A DNA stretch of 64,000 bases from Glycera tridactyla (lineage: Eukaryota), in the NCBI GenBank assembly GCA_965644265.1, contig OZ286460.1:126046001-126110000 (forward strand). Reading direction: 5' to 3'. How positions within the stretch are numbered: the stretch's first letter is position 1; the number at the start of each line of letters is the position of its first letter. Shown here piece by piece: positions 50,470-62,783 of this stretch. The notes under the pieces were generated by a model, which worked only from the letters and a program-made list of their open reading frames with translations, had not been told where the DNA came from and made no database searches. Position numbers and translations under genes: made by a program.

Positions 50470-51086
50470 AGATTGGTGAAACTAGGATTGTCTCGTTTTC
50501 AACACAGTGTCCTATTCAATGTCTCAGTTACAATACACTGCTAATGTCTCAGTTACGACCGGTTACGACAACTTTGTACTATGATTATTCTGACAGCTGA
50601 TGGTACCAGCAGCCGACAATTACCATTCGAAAATCATCAAAGCAAGTTTTCCTCGTGAAATCTTTCAATAAACCATGATGCAGAAAAATCGTAACTGGAC
50701 ATCTTTGGACATCGCAGTCGTAACTTAGGACAATTCAAGACACTCGACTTTCTTGAAGGAGAGAAATTTCTCCAGTGTTCGGAGGGTCATGACCACTTGT
50801 ATTTTCGGGAAGATGGCACTGTAGAGAAAGCAATTGTATGCAGATTGTTCTCCTCTGATACTTATTTTGTATGATTAGACAAGGGGTGGAAATTTGGGAT
50901 CGTAACAGCTTTTTCTTTGGACATTTCCTTATCCCATGTTTTGAATTGGATATTCTCGGAATTTTGAGAGGATTTTTGGGTATGATATATACAAAATCAC
51001 CATCTTTAAGAAAAAACAATGAATGGGAAACTATTCCATGGAATAATGGATGGGCTCAAGGTCGTTTTGTGTCGTAACAGGGGCTC
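50470..51086. mobile_element. Probable DNA-transposon end with subterminal GTYGTAAC repeats (ends ...CTC; Sola-like?)
   Basis: Multiple gtcgtaac/gttacgac motifs; terminus gtcgtaacaggggctc. Confidence 0.35.
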
Positions 51087-51484
51087 AATAAATGTTACGA
51101 TCTATTCTATGTTGGATTTATTCTTTTCTCAGCATCTGACAGGCGCACACTGAGTAAGTTTGTTAAACACAGGGTGTTTTCTTTCAATGGACACCCGCAT
51201 TGTGAAATTACATTGAGTACAAGCTGAGATATGAATTTTCAAAGTTGAAAAGTTGGTATGCCATCTCCTGCCGGTATTACAGGCGATTGTGGTGAGAAGT
51301 CCTTGTTTTTCTTTAAAATAGACCTGATATTCGTATTCCGCGGGTGCTAAAACATAAAGTGGCACACTTGTAGGTGTTTTGGATGAGTTTGGGAATTTTT
51401 GTGACGTTTTGTTCATGAAAGAAATGACTGGACATACGCGATCGCTAGCAGGCACCACATTTGCGAACACACCAATATATATAA

Positions 51485-51553
51485 ATGTTCCTGATTCATG
51501 AAAGCTGGACGATCGGCCTCCTACATGCATCACTATCACAAACCCAGAACACA
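51485..51553 (-). mobile_element. Family B copy 14 (diverged core)
   Basis: gttcctgattcatgaaagctgg...catcactatcacaaacccagaacaca. Confidence 0.55.
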
Positions 51554-51824
51554 GAAATACATACAAACTCTCTTCAGTTCAGCATAGCATGTATCAGAAT
51601 GAATTTATAATTCTCCCGCACATGGATACCTATCTAATTTATTTCATTTATTCGTTGTATCGTTGATGTTGCGTTATTGAGTTATTTTAGTAGATGTAAT
51701 TTTTCATATCGACGTGTTTACTTCATGTACAGTTGACGATATAAATAATCGTATTCTACATTATCATATCCTATACGGCTGTCATGCATGACTACCTCGG
51801 CACTCTAACTAGGACGAGGGAATG

Positions 51825-52995
51825 CATTAATATACCACGATCAGTGAGTGTTATAGCAGGAACGCATGATCGTGTGGTCGGGGTTGAAGGATCACACGAG
51901 TAGGCGGAGCACGGGAGCGCACGACGGCGAAGCCGGAGTGCGCTCCCGTGCTCCGCCTACGAGTGTGAGCCTTCAACCCCGACCACACAATCATGCGTTC
52001 CTGCTTTTATCACACGGATTTGATGGATTTTCAATAAAATCTTCGTATATTTGTCGTTGAATCCATGTTGTGGCTGGACTGCTTTTTCTCCCTCAATCGC
52101 TGGTAACGCCACTGAGCATGCGCGCACGTGTGCGAGTCCCAAGTGAACCTCAGACGAACGTCGCTGTAACTAGTCAAGATGGATAACGATTTCACCTTGT
52201 ACGACTATTGAATATAAATGTGAGTGCGTGAGTGTGTGCGTGAGTGTGTGCGTGAGTTTGTGTGTGGGTGTAGGCTTCTCCACGTTTTATTTAATAGCAG
52301 CGCTATCGGGTTTGTTTATCAAATTCCAAATTGCGTCACGCGCAACGTCGGCAATGTTCGGCTCGCTCACGGAAACACCCGATCGTTGCTGGAGCCGTGT
52401 GATCCGTGACCAAAGATCACATGGGCATGATCCACACGCTCACGGACCTATCCGTGTGATAATGGCCTTGAATATAAGGGTGTTGAATATAACTCGTTGG
52501 GACCACTGTGTCCGCGGCCGCGGCATGAAATGAATCCCCTTTGAAATAGACATGATTTGCAGGCGACTCATCGGGCACAGTTCATGTCAGTAAAATGATT
52601 CCCGGTCCATTCAATTTCCGATTACATGTCATGAATTTAGGTGCTACACAAACAAATAATACATTGATTGATTCCTTATGATCTGCCCTGTTTAACAAGA
52701 CTACTTTCAGACCCCTAGCTAATTTTGAGTCGAATCCTGCCTTTTGTTCATGTTTGGTTTTTAATATAACTCCCGCTTGGTTCATACAAGGGGTTCATGA
52801 GGGGATAAATGTGTTCAACAAATAGACTGAATATCACTCAGATAAGCTAACAGCCTTCAATTAGCATGACAAATCATGGTATATAAGCAAGAAACCATGG
52901 GGTGTTGTCCAGCCTTCGGCCTCGTGAATTATCTAGCCAAAACACAACTCGTGGTTTATAACTTGTCCGGACAACACCCCATGATTTCTCGCTAC
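51825..52995. mobile_element. Family D second copy, carrying a ~610-bp insertion that starts with a 151-bp hairpin
   Basis: Homologous to 12015-12575 apart from 51852-52463. Confidence 0.65.
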
Positions 52996-53298
52996 AGTGC
53001 CTGGGAATACATAACCAATGCTGCCGGTAATGATCTACCCCCCCCCCCCCCCCAGCCTGCGGGCCGTTCAGTTGAAATAACAGAGAAAACGTTCCCCATA
53101 TCCCCTATCAAATATTCTTTATCTCATGTATGTCAAAAAACAGTAGGGACCCTGTTTCCGGTAGAAAACGTTAGCGATTGTTAGTAGCAACCGGGCACCC
53201 TCGAGGTTTACTGTAAGTGTTCCGCTCTATGCTCGCATTGCACTGCCAACACCCACCCCAAGGAACTGAGCTGAAGTATAAGTGAACCAGAATTGTAG

Positions 53299-53700
53299 AT
53301 TGATTGATTGTTTGATGTTTAACAGCATGTATCAACCCAGAGGATTATGTATGCCGTGTGTTCCTGATCAATGAAAGCTAGATATTCTCTCACCTGCAGA
53401 CACCACTCTCACAAACTCTGAACACAAGGTAATGGAGAACCTGAAATTTGCCAAATGGAAGTAGCTGACAGTTAGGACACACCTCTACCTACCCGACATG
53501 AACATATACCTATCAATGAAAAAACCGACTATGTAACTGGCTGGTATCTGATCTGGCTTGATAGTGCTTAATTTTCAAGCAAAGCACAGCACTTGAAACA
53601 AGGAAAAGCATTAGGTCTGGAGGATACTGAAGCATTGTGTTCAATTAAGAACTGTCAACTTCAAACCAGGCTAGCATTAATGGTTGCCCTGAACTTGCAG
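53299..53700 (-). mobile_element. Family B copy 15
   Basis: (ttga)n tgtttaacagcatgtatcaaccc... to aacttcaaaccagg. Confidence 0.85.
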
Positions 53701-55546
53701 TACTATGAATCCTGCAATATTCATGTATATGATGTATATTATATGTTTACTATATATCTTATGATGATTTGTCGGACTGACACTGCACAAAACAAGCACA
53801 CGCATTATTATACATTATAAAGTAGGTATTTATTAACAATCAACAATTTTCTGTCATAATACAGAACGAAAGACTAACAGACATTACTGTCGTTCGCTTC
53901 AGAATTAAAGATAGTATACATGAACAAATCCAAACGTTGTGATCCTTCTATAATTGTGGGTACATCCTGGATAGAAACATATAATTATTCTCCATAATAC
54001 ACAACCTTTAAAATGTCAGTATACCATTCTGAAACAAAGATATGGATGTTAAAAAGAATTGTGATTCATAATGTACCACTGGAATGTAAAAATGACATTC
54101 TCAGAAATAATTAAAGTCCTTGTTGTAGATTTCAACCTGGATCATGTACTATAATGTACCCTGTGCTTGCATGGGCACCATCAAACTTGCACTTTTATCA
54201 CATGGGATGATGGCTAAAAGCGTGATATGAGCAGAAAAGTGGTTTTATCTCCGCTATGTGATAAAGAAATCCGTACCACAGACTCAGGTGATACAGATTC
54301 AGATTCCATCCAGGCTATCTTCGCATGCGTGGTTGCCGTGGGCGGGAGGATAGAACGACGACGATGCACGCCTCACGATACCGCATGACATTCTGTTTCA
54401 ATCACCATGAGATGACCATTTGGCCATTAAAAGGTGAACTTTAGCAGGAAATCACATAATTGGTATTTCGATAATCGCATATCTATTGTTAAAATGGTTG
54501 TTTCATGCGATAAAAACAGAATGACATGCGTGTGTGATGTTCGAGCTGGTATCGGGAGGCCGGCAGACGGGGCACCTCGAGAGCGCGTAGCTCTCGTATA
54601 ACTTACGCGTGTCGTCCTGTTTATGCATTGCATGGTATCTTTGCAGGTAGGTTCAACAATAATCCTATCTAATCTAAGACAAAAAAAGTAGAGATCCGCA
54701 GAGAAAGTAATGATGCATCAAAACTGTACATTTTGTACAATATCACAGATAGGGGGATTATACATGGACCTAATGCAAGAATGTACAGGTGAGCCTGAAT
54801 AATTCATCATATAAAAATACATTACTACTATGCATGATAAATATACACCTGTTCGAGTGGAATATGATAGACATGAATGCTAAATTAATGTGAGCCATCA
54901 TAACACACATCTTTTTATTCGATATATGCATCATTTTCGTTCAGCCAAAATATGGCTGTTATGAGGATGAAGTTGGATACCCACTACCCTCACAGTAAGC
55001 ATTCATAATTATAATACAAACATTGCTATCAATACCCTTATACGGTAACCACCATAATCATCATTATGATGACGTTCATTATTACTACCATCATCATAAT
55101 CATCATCATCATCATCGGAATCATTATTATCATTATCATTATTTCTATCTTTACTTTCATCTTTTTTATTCATTTGATGCTCTTAGTGAATAAGGATTTT
55201 CATTCAAATTGACATCATCATTGAGCCTGATAATGCCCCTGGACAGAGGTAATTGTTTATATGTATCCATACATCGTTGAACGAAGATAAATAAAGAAGT
55301 AATAATCAATCAATCAGCCATCATCGTCATCATTATGATTTGCATTTTTTCTCTTATTCCGAAGTGAATCAATTGGTTCCCTCTGAAATTCTACACTTCT
55401 TATGTGACCAGGGTAAGTTTTGGTTTACAAAGAGTATTTTTCAAAAAGCACTACTGACCATCACATTTCAAAGTTTGTATGGGAGAAACTAGCCCTGCTG
55501 ACATGTAAACAGACAAACAAACAAACAAACACACATACACTGATTT

Positions 55547-56515
55547 ATTATGGCAGCAAGGGTGCGGTAGACCTATCGACATTTTGATCACGACAAATTT
55601 TGTTTGTTTGTTTGAGGTTTAACGGCATGTATCAACCCTAGGGTTATATATGCCATGTGTACCTGGTTGATGTTCTCTCCCCTGCAGACATCACTCTCAC
55701 AAACCCCAAACACAAGATGATGTCGAGTGGAAGTAGCTGACAATTCAGACATACCTCTACCAACTCTACAAAAACATAATAAACCTGAAGATAGCATATC
55801 TGACTATGTAACTGTCTGGAAGCTGACACTCAAAGCCTGATATTAATCCCATTTTTTTGCAAGGTGCAGAACTTGACACAAGGAAAAACATTGGTGTTGG
55901 AGAATACTATTTGTTCAATTACAAACTGCCAACTTCAAATCAGCTTTACAATCATGGCTTGCCCTATGCTCGCAGTACAATGCCATCACACAACCTAGTT
56001 ATTATGGCAGCAAGGGAGCGGTAGACCTATCGACATTTTGATCACGACAGATTTTGTTTGTTTGTTTGAGGTTTAACGGCATGTATCAACCCTAGGGTTA
56101 TATATGCCATGTGTACCTGGTTGATGTTCTCTCCCCTGCAGACATCACTCTCACAAACCCCAAACACAAGATGATGGGGAACCTGAAAGGTTGTCGAGTG
56201 GAAGTAGCTGACAATTCAGACATACCTCTACCAACTCTACAAAAACATAATAAACCTGAAGATAGCATATCTGACTATGTAACTGTCTGGAAGCTGACAC
56301 TCAAGCCTGATATTAATCCCATTTTTTTGCAAGGTGCAGCACTTGACACAAGGAAAAACATTGGTGTTGGAGAATACTATTCGTTCAATTACAAACTGCC
56401 AACTTCAAATCAGCTTTACAATCATGGCTTGCCCTATGCTCGCAGTACAATGCCATCACACAACCTAGTAACCTAGTCGCAGCCCTAGTAACCCAGAACT
56501 GGTGTGCATGGTACC
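55547..56515 (-). repeat. ~454-bp tandem duplication containing family B copies 16 (55598-55998) and 17 (56051-56515)
   Basis: ttatggcagcaaggg recurs at 55548 and 56002; both copies share private mutations. Confidence 0.9.
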
Positions 56516-56644
56516 CACTTTTTGCATCACAACAGACAGTTGCAGTCGATACAAGAATGTGACAATAGAACATCCATTCCTTGATTCAAAGGTGAGGTCA
56601 TCTTTGTCTACTGGTAGCCTCTGGATTTGGTCATAGTTCGATTT

Positions 56645-56975
56645 AGTTTGGTTAGGTTCAGATTCAACAAAATGTATACATTCAGAGGATTATGTATGAT
56701 GTATCCCTGATCTATGAAAGCTGGAAGATCTTTATCCTACAGGCATCACTCTCACAGACCCGAACACAAGATTATGGGGAATCTGAGAGGCTTTCAAGTG
56801 AAATTAGCAGTGAGTCTCGATAAACCTCACCTGAACTTCGAAGAACCTAAGGATAATATATTTCTATACTTATCTGGCTTGAACCTCTATAGCAATACTT
56901 TCTTTTCAAGTGAGAAACAGTTTCGGAAACAAGGAAATACATCAGGTCTGGAGAATACTCGGTGTGTTCACTAAT
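56645..56975 (-). mobile_element. Family B copy 18 (old, diverged)
   Basis: gaggattatgtatg...cctacaggcatcactctcacagacccgaacacaag...ggtctggagaatact. Confidence 0.65.
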
Positions 56976-57729
56976 GAGCTGGTAAGATTAGCTTTCATCT
57001 AATACAATCACCTTGCTCTACGACATATAATTCATACAATCAGGCTGGATAGCTCAAACTAGATGTATCACAGATTCAACAGTGCAATATTTGGCGCACA
57101 AGATATCTTTCATCAGGGGGTAAAAATATTACATATCATACAAGTATGGTGTGTTCCCTAATGTAAATGGACTGGTTTTACCCTTCATCACCACATAAAT
57201 GCAACTATTCAGTCTCCTAAGGCCGGGAAATTGTGATGTTGATGATAATGGCACATACAGTGGCAAAGATTTTGTGGAAAAGAATAATGATCTGTACAAT
57301 GGACATTGCCACAATATGCTCAAGGAGAAAAATCGACAATGACAATGAAAAATTCTTTCCATTCTTTCATGAATATGGACGCCCTATTCTTTTAGATCAC
57401 AAAACAGAAAATGATTACATGTTAACTCTTTGTGGGTTTCTTGGGCATCATTGTGGACAAATCTGGATGAATTCATACAGTGGCATCATACTGTCACCAT
57501 AATTGTAAGCAGTGCTCCATCATATCATATTATACACGCAACATTTTCGGAACAGATTCGACATTTTCAGAACAAACCTCATTACTGTAGACTCAAAAGT
57601 TTACAATTTAAAATGAGAAAAACTACAAATCATTTCAAGTATATTCGTCAACCTAATATCTTGCGCACTGTGGATGAAGGACGTTCTCAAATGGAGGAAT
57701 GAAGTTCTTTTAGTGCAAATATTATTGTG

Positions 57730-57870
57730 GTTGATTGATTGACGTTTAACGACATCAACCCAGAGGATTATGTATGCCATGTGTCCCTGATCAGTGATAG
57801 CTAGATGTTCTGTCCCCTGCAGGCATCACTTACACAAACCCTGAACACAAGATGATGGAGAACCTGAATG
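57730..57870 (-). mobile_element. Family B copy 19
   Basis: (ttga)n cgtttaacgacatcaaccc...cccctgcaggcatcacttacacaaaccctgaac. Confidence 0.8.
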
Positions 57871-58763
57871 TTATTCTGGATCTGGTGCAGTTAGCGCTAC
57901 TGACGTCATGAAGACGTTATAGGGAATCCCCCATCGTGACGTCATTAGCAGCTTTTCAATAGCATCTTCATCTCCTCTTGTTGTTTACGTCGTTGCGACT
58001 CTCTCTGCGCGCGTAGCTTCTTCCTGTACTCGTCCGGTTCAACGAAAACGAGGCGATGGCGTTGACGGGTCCCACCATCAAATCTCGGTGTCACTGCTGT
58101 CCATTTCGTCCATTTTGTAGGAGTCGTGCTATGTACATCACGGCGAACTGAAAATAAAAAACCAACAAGGAATCTGTAACAGGTGTCTCTAATGTAGTGT
58201 TAGGAATTGGTTGCACTTTGAGAATCGATTATTGGTTATTCCAACCGATCGATTATCAATTATAATCAGTTTGCAACACTGGCACCACAACCACTACCTT
58301 GTTTCTCCATTGTTTTGTCTCCAGAATCATACATATACACAGATGTATGCAAAGTTGTCTACTAGGGTATAGGGTTTGTTTTGGATGGAGCAAGATGACA
58401 TTATTTTGACTTCACAGGAAATCCATAGCTTTTTTTCGTAAAAAAAGGCTGAATTTTCCATTTAAATATATATGCTGACTGTGTTCCGATTAAATCGATT
58501 CCACATCTCTGCAATTGATTGTCTATTTGGCCACCAAGATCGATCGATAATCGGGAATTAATCGATAATCGTGACACCACTACCCTAATGAGTATGAGAT
58601 CAATGGCAACATCTCCAATATGGCCGTTGATACACATGTTGATAACCAGAGTGGACTGCATAGGAAACTGCATGCAAATATTTTCACACAACCGACCATT
58701 TGAGTAAATGATCAATAGATATACCTATGTAGACCCTACATATCTACTGACTCGTAGAGTACG

Positions 58764-58958
58764 TTTGTTTGATTGTTTTGATTATGTATGCCCCGTGTTA
58801 TTGGTCGATGAAAGCAAGATGCTCTCTCCCCTGCAGGCATCACTCACATAAACCCTGAACACAATATGATGGGGAACCAAAAAGGTTGCCAAGTGAAAGT
58901 GGCTGAAAATTCAGACCCACCTCACAGCCACGCATAAATCGATGGCATATCTGTCCAT
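58764..58958 (-). mobile_element. Family B copy 20
   Basis: gattatgtatgcccc...cccctgcaggcatcactcacataaaccctgaacac. Confidence 0.75.
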
Positions 58959-59799
58959 GTAAGTGACTTAAAGATGAATATTTAGTCACACAGATCAATA
59001 CAAAATGATCATAAAAGGACGAAAGTTGCATGCAATTTGTACCAAGCAGAAATCTTGCTTGGAAATATAATGCCGAGATGAAAACACCATAAAATGTATT
59101 GTGAATAAGTCAGAATTCTTTTCCTGAGGTACGCCAATAAATGAACCCTAATTACGTTGAATCCATGCGATTTCATTCACAAATTTTAGCAACATGGGCG
59201 AAAAATGGGTATATCGGATGATAATACAGAATACCTTCGTACCGGGCACGAGTAGGCGGTACGTGCCTCAGAACCTTGTCCCGAGAAAGGGCATCCCCCG
59301 GGAAAGTTACTCGACAGGTATGACCTCCCGACATTCTATATACTGTAATTCTGCTCAACATTGTCTCATACCCATTGCATCCATCGTCATTGAAATTGAT
59401 TGAATTGACTCAATTCTTCCAGGAGAGCATCATCAACGATACCTGTCTACGTTGCTACCTCTGGGTAGCCAATGGCTACCAAATTCACCCTCTGGCTACC
59501 ATAATTTGAAAGTTAGGGGCCAGCCGCCCATACCATTTTGAAAGGTTAGAATGGCAATGTATTGACTGACTGTCAACATTTTGCACTGGCTACCGAAAAT
59601 TTCAACTTAAGAGCCAGCAGGCTCCTAAATATTTTGGTCAACGTAGGGTCCTGTGGTTGATACTATATGGTATCGTATTCAAGTCAATGATCAAAGGCGT
59701 GAAAATTGATCACAAGAGAGTGATCTTGGCAAATCCAAGGTGTGAACGCTAATTGCCACATGGTGAGGCCTGGACTTGATCTTGGAGGGAGTGAGTAAA

Positions 59800-60020
59800 T
59801 CTTTCTTTCATGTGAATTGCCAACAGAACACACAATCATATCATCTTCAATAGACTGATGAAAGAAATGGGTCATTATTTCCATTTTTAACCAAGCAAAA
59901 TAAGGAAGACCATTAGCCCTCCGACTGGACATGTTTCTTTCATGCGAACTACAAAGAAAACACACAACAATATCGCTTCCAGTAGACTTGTGAAAGAAAT
60001 GGGTCATAATTTCCATTTTC
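59800..60020. repeat. ~135-bp diverged direct duplication
   Basis: tttctttcatg...gaaagaaatgggtcat...tttccatttt occurs twice. Confidence 0.75.
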
Positions 60021-60564
60021 ACTAATCATGCGAAATGAGAAAGAATGATGCAAGATTGGCCTGAAATGGCTGATTTAATGACACAGTAAAATGATTCATG
60101 CTTATTGCTTCTTCCACTCAAGAACTGCCGGTATGTAGCGATTCACGCATCCTAGCATAGGTGGCAACGCCCAGTGGAAACAAAGCCAATGTTGACAATT
60201 TGAGGTTCGGCTAGTGAACTTTTCCACAAATTGTCAACAATCTGGGGGTCATCCTCCACTGGGGCTGGTCTTTGCCTGTTAATGAATGCCATGCATCTTT
60301 CTCAGATCAGCGATTTATCACATGGGTGTGACGTTTTAAGTGAAGTATCAGGTGTTGAGTATTGCATGTTATACTTATCAGTTGGGTGAGAATTACCTTT
60401 TGACGATTTCTCTCCTAGTACATGTGATATAAGCAAGAATCTATGCCCGTGAGGTAAACATGCAACACCAAACTTGGTGTGAATTTCGCAACAATTTTGA
60501 CTTTGGCTGCATGACATCCTGCAAAATTTACACCTCGGTTGGTTCACGGCCATATATTCTCGCT

Positions 60565-61004
60565 AAAGTCTGTTAAATCCAAATGTGGCGGGTACGTTTC
60601 AGACGCTAACTCCGTAAATTTTCGTCTGATTTGACATTTAATGGCACGAATGTACCATACAGGTCTTCCGACGATTAACGAACCCGGTTTCAGGTACTAT
60701 GCCAGCTTTTGAAGAGGATTACGCCATCATTTCATTGCATTTTTTCGTCGAATCAGCGCCATTATCGGCGATTATTTGTATGCAAAACAGTGGAGATACG
60801 GCCGCCGCACCTGCCGCAAAACCAGCGTGAAATTGACATATTTTGCGTTCTAAGGTCAGATATACACAGGAATCTCGCCGTGATCACATTTCTTATCGTC
60901 GGAGATGTCAACAATATCTGTCTGAAAGTCTGATTTTAATCTGATGCGAATTCGCGATGCTAGGGCGAAAAACGTAACCGCCACGATCAAGCTTGACATA
61001 CTTT
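60565..61004 (+). mobile_element. MITE family A, full length
   Basis: aaagtctgttaaatccaaatgtggcgggtacg ... aagcttgacatacttt. Confidence 0.85.
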
Positions 61005-62011
61005 ATAAAGCCGATCATCTTGACCGACGAATTGCTAATAATTTCACAACAATATAACATTAGTAACACTTAACTGCACCAGAACAGCCTACAGTTGGCC
61101 CAGATTGCATACATAGGATCGACACATTGCTGACAATTTCGAAGCAACCGAACTTGTCCCTTGTCTAACTTCTCTGAGCGATGGAGGGCTGATATCAAAA
61201 TGTTCAGTATCATGATTAAATTAATAAGCTGCAATACAGATAGCCAGAGAATATGCATTGCATACACTTTGTGGTGAGTTCTTGGAATCTTTAAGATAGG
61301 CATTCCAGCACTACAGGACATATTCGGTAGGGGTCCTTTCGAAATGTTGGCAAACACCATTGATCCATTTGTATGAAGAAATGTAAAATTTGTATGAAAG
61401 ACATCAGGAATCTTGATGCTTACAAGGATGGATCAATTCAATAGAGAGCTAAATATGACTGGCCTGAAAATGTGGGACATACATTCAACTTAAAAACGGA
61501 ACTATAAGCTGATCAACGGACATTGCCTTAATGATTTTTGGCATCACTCATCTCTGTCTTAACACTCAGACTCTGCTTCCAATGCTAGAGGACTTATATT
61601 CCCCAATTTTTACATGCAAGCAACTCGTACTCTCTGAGGTCAGTAAATACATCGATTCTGATTAGAACTATCTGCTCTACAGTACTCGGAATACTAAACT
61701 ACATAATCTATGTTCTAGGGTTACCTTGAGCTAGGTTATTGATGTTAATACACAAAGCAAGCTGTATGGAATAAAGATAACTACATCTGAACCAGCCACA
61801 TCTGGACGGGAGGGCGGGGATGAGTCCAGATGTAATTCTCAACATTCCACACAATCATTACACAATCATTACACATAATGATTAGACAACACTCATTCTC
61901 ACTATCAATCATTGTACCATGCTGTGCTCGCTCAGAACTAGAAAATAGTGTTTTCCTGTGAAGTAGAAGCAGGGATCAGAACACAATGTCAGCACGGCAT
62001 TATACAAAAAC

Positions 62012-62380
62012 TTACTTCTAGTGAATATATTAAATGCTTAAAACACAAGACACAAATCGGTGATCATCGTCTGATGTTATTATATACAATTGTAAGTCAT
62101 TTTCGATAATTAAACCACACCCCTTTCTAAGACAATTACTCTAGTAAATATATTGAATGCTTAAAACACAAGACACAAATCGGTGATCATCGTCTGATGT
62201 TATTATATACAATTGTAAGTCATTTTCGATGATTGAACCACACCCCTCTCTAAGACAATTACTTCTAGCAAATATATTGGATGCTCAAAACACAAGACAC
62301 AAATCGGTGATCATTGTCTGATGTTATTATATACAATTGAAAATCATTTTCGATGATTAAACCACACCCCTTTCTAAGAC
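62012..62380. repeat. ~124-bp tandem repeat x3
   Basis: aaaacacaagacacaaatcggtgatcat recurs three times. Confidence 0.9.
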
Positions 62381-62783
62381 GTCTTAAGATGAATTGGGTA
62401 TCAGGTACAGCAGAAGCGGGGGTAAGGATACAGATAGAATTTTCGAGATCTGGATTCCATTGAACAGTTTCGTTTTGATATATACAACATATGGTTGCTA
62501 CATAAGAGGATCAGGTGGGTGGCTTAATACACGAAAACAACAGCACACAGATATAAAATGTTAAATGAATGACTGTAAATCTCAGTGTGATTTGTGTGAA
62601 TGATGGTAATATACATAACATGAGAAATGAGCAAAAGAGATTGAATCTTTATCTCAATCAGAAGCTAGGAAAATCATAGGAAACTTCACTATGACAAATG
62701 AGAGCACTTCCTGTAGAATGGAATATGGCATGAAAATACAATGATTGACTCCCCAACACAATTTTAATCACTGGTCACATGAG

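Noticed and set aside
57895-57950. Paired TGACGTCA (CRE) sites as a host enhancer
   Set aside because: The motif also occurs inside other repeat-like CpG-rich segments, and no link to a gene is visible.
59684-60022. 112-aa minus ORF with an internal repeat
   Set aside because: Explained by a 135-bp DNA duplication; no domain recognised.
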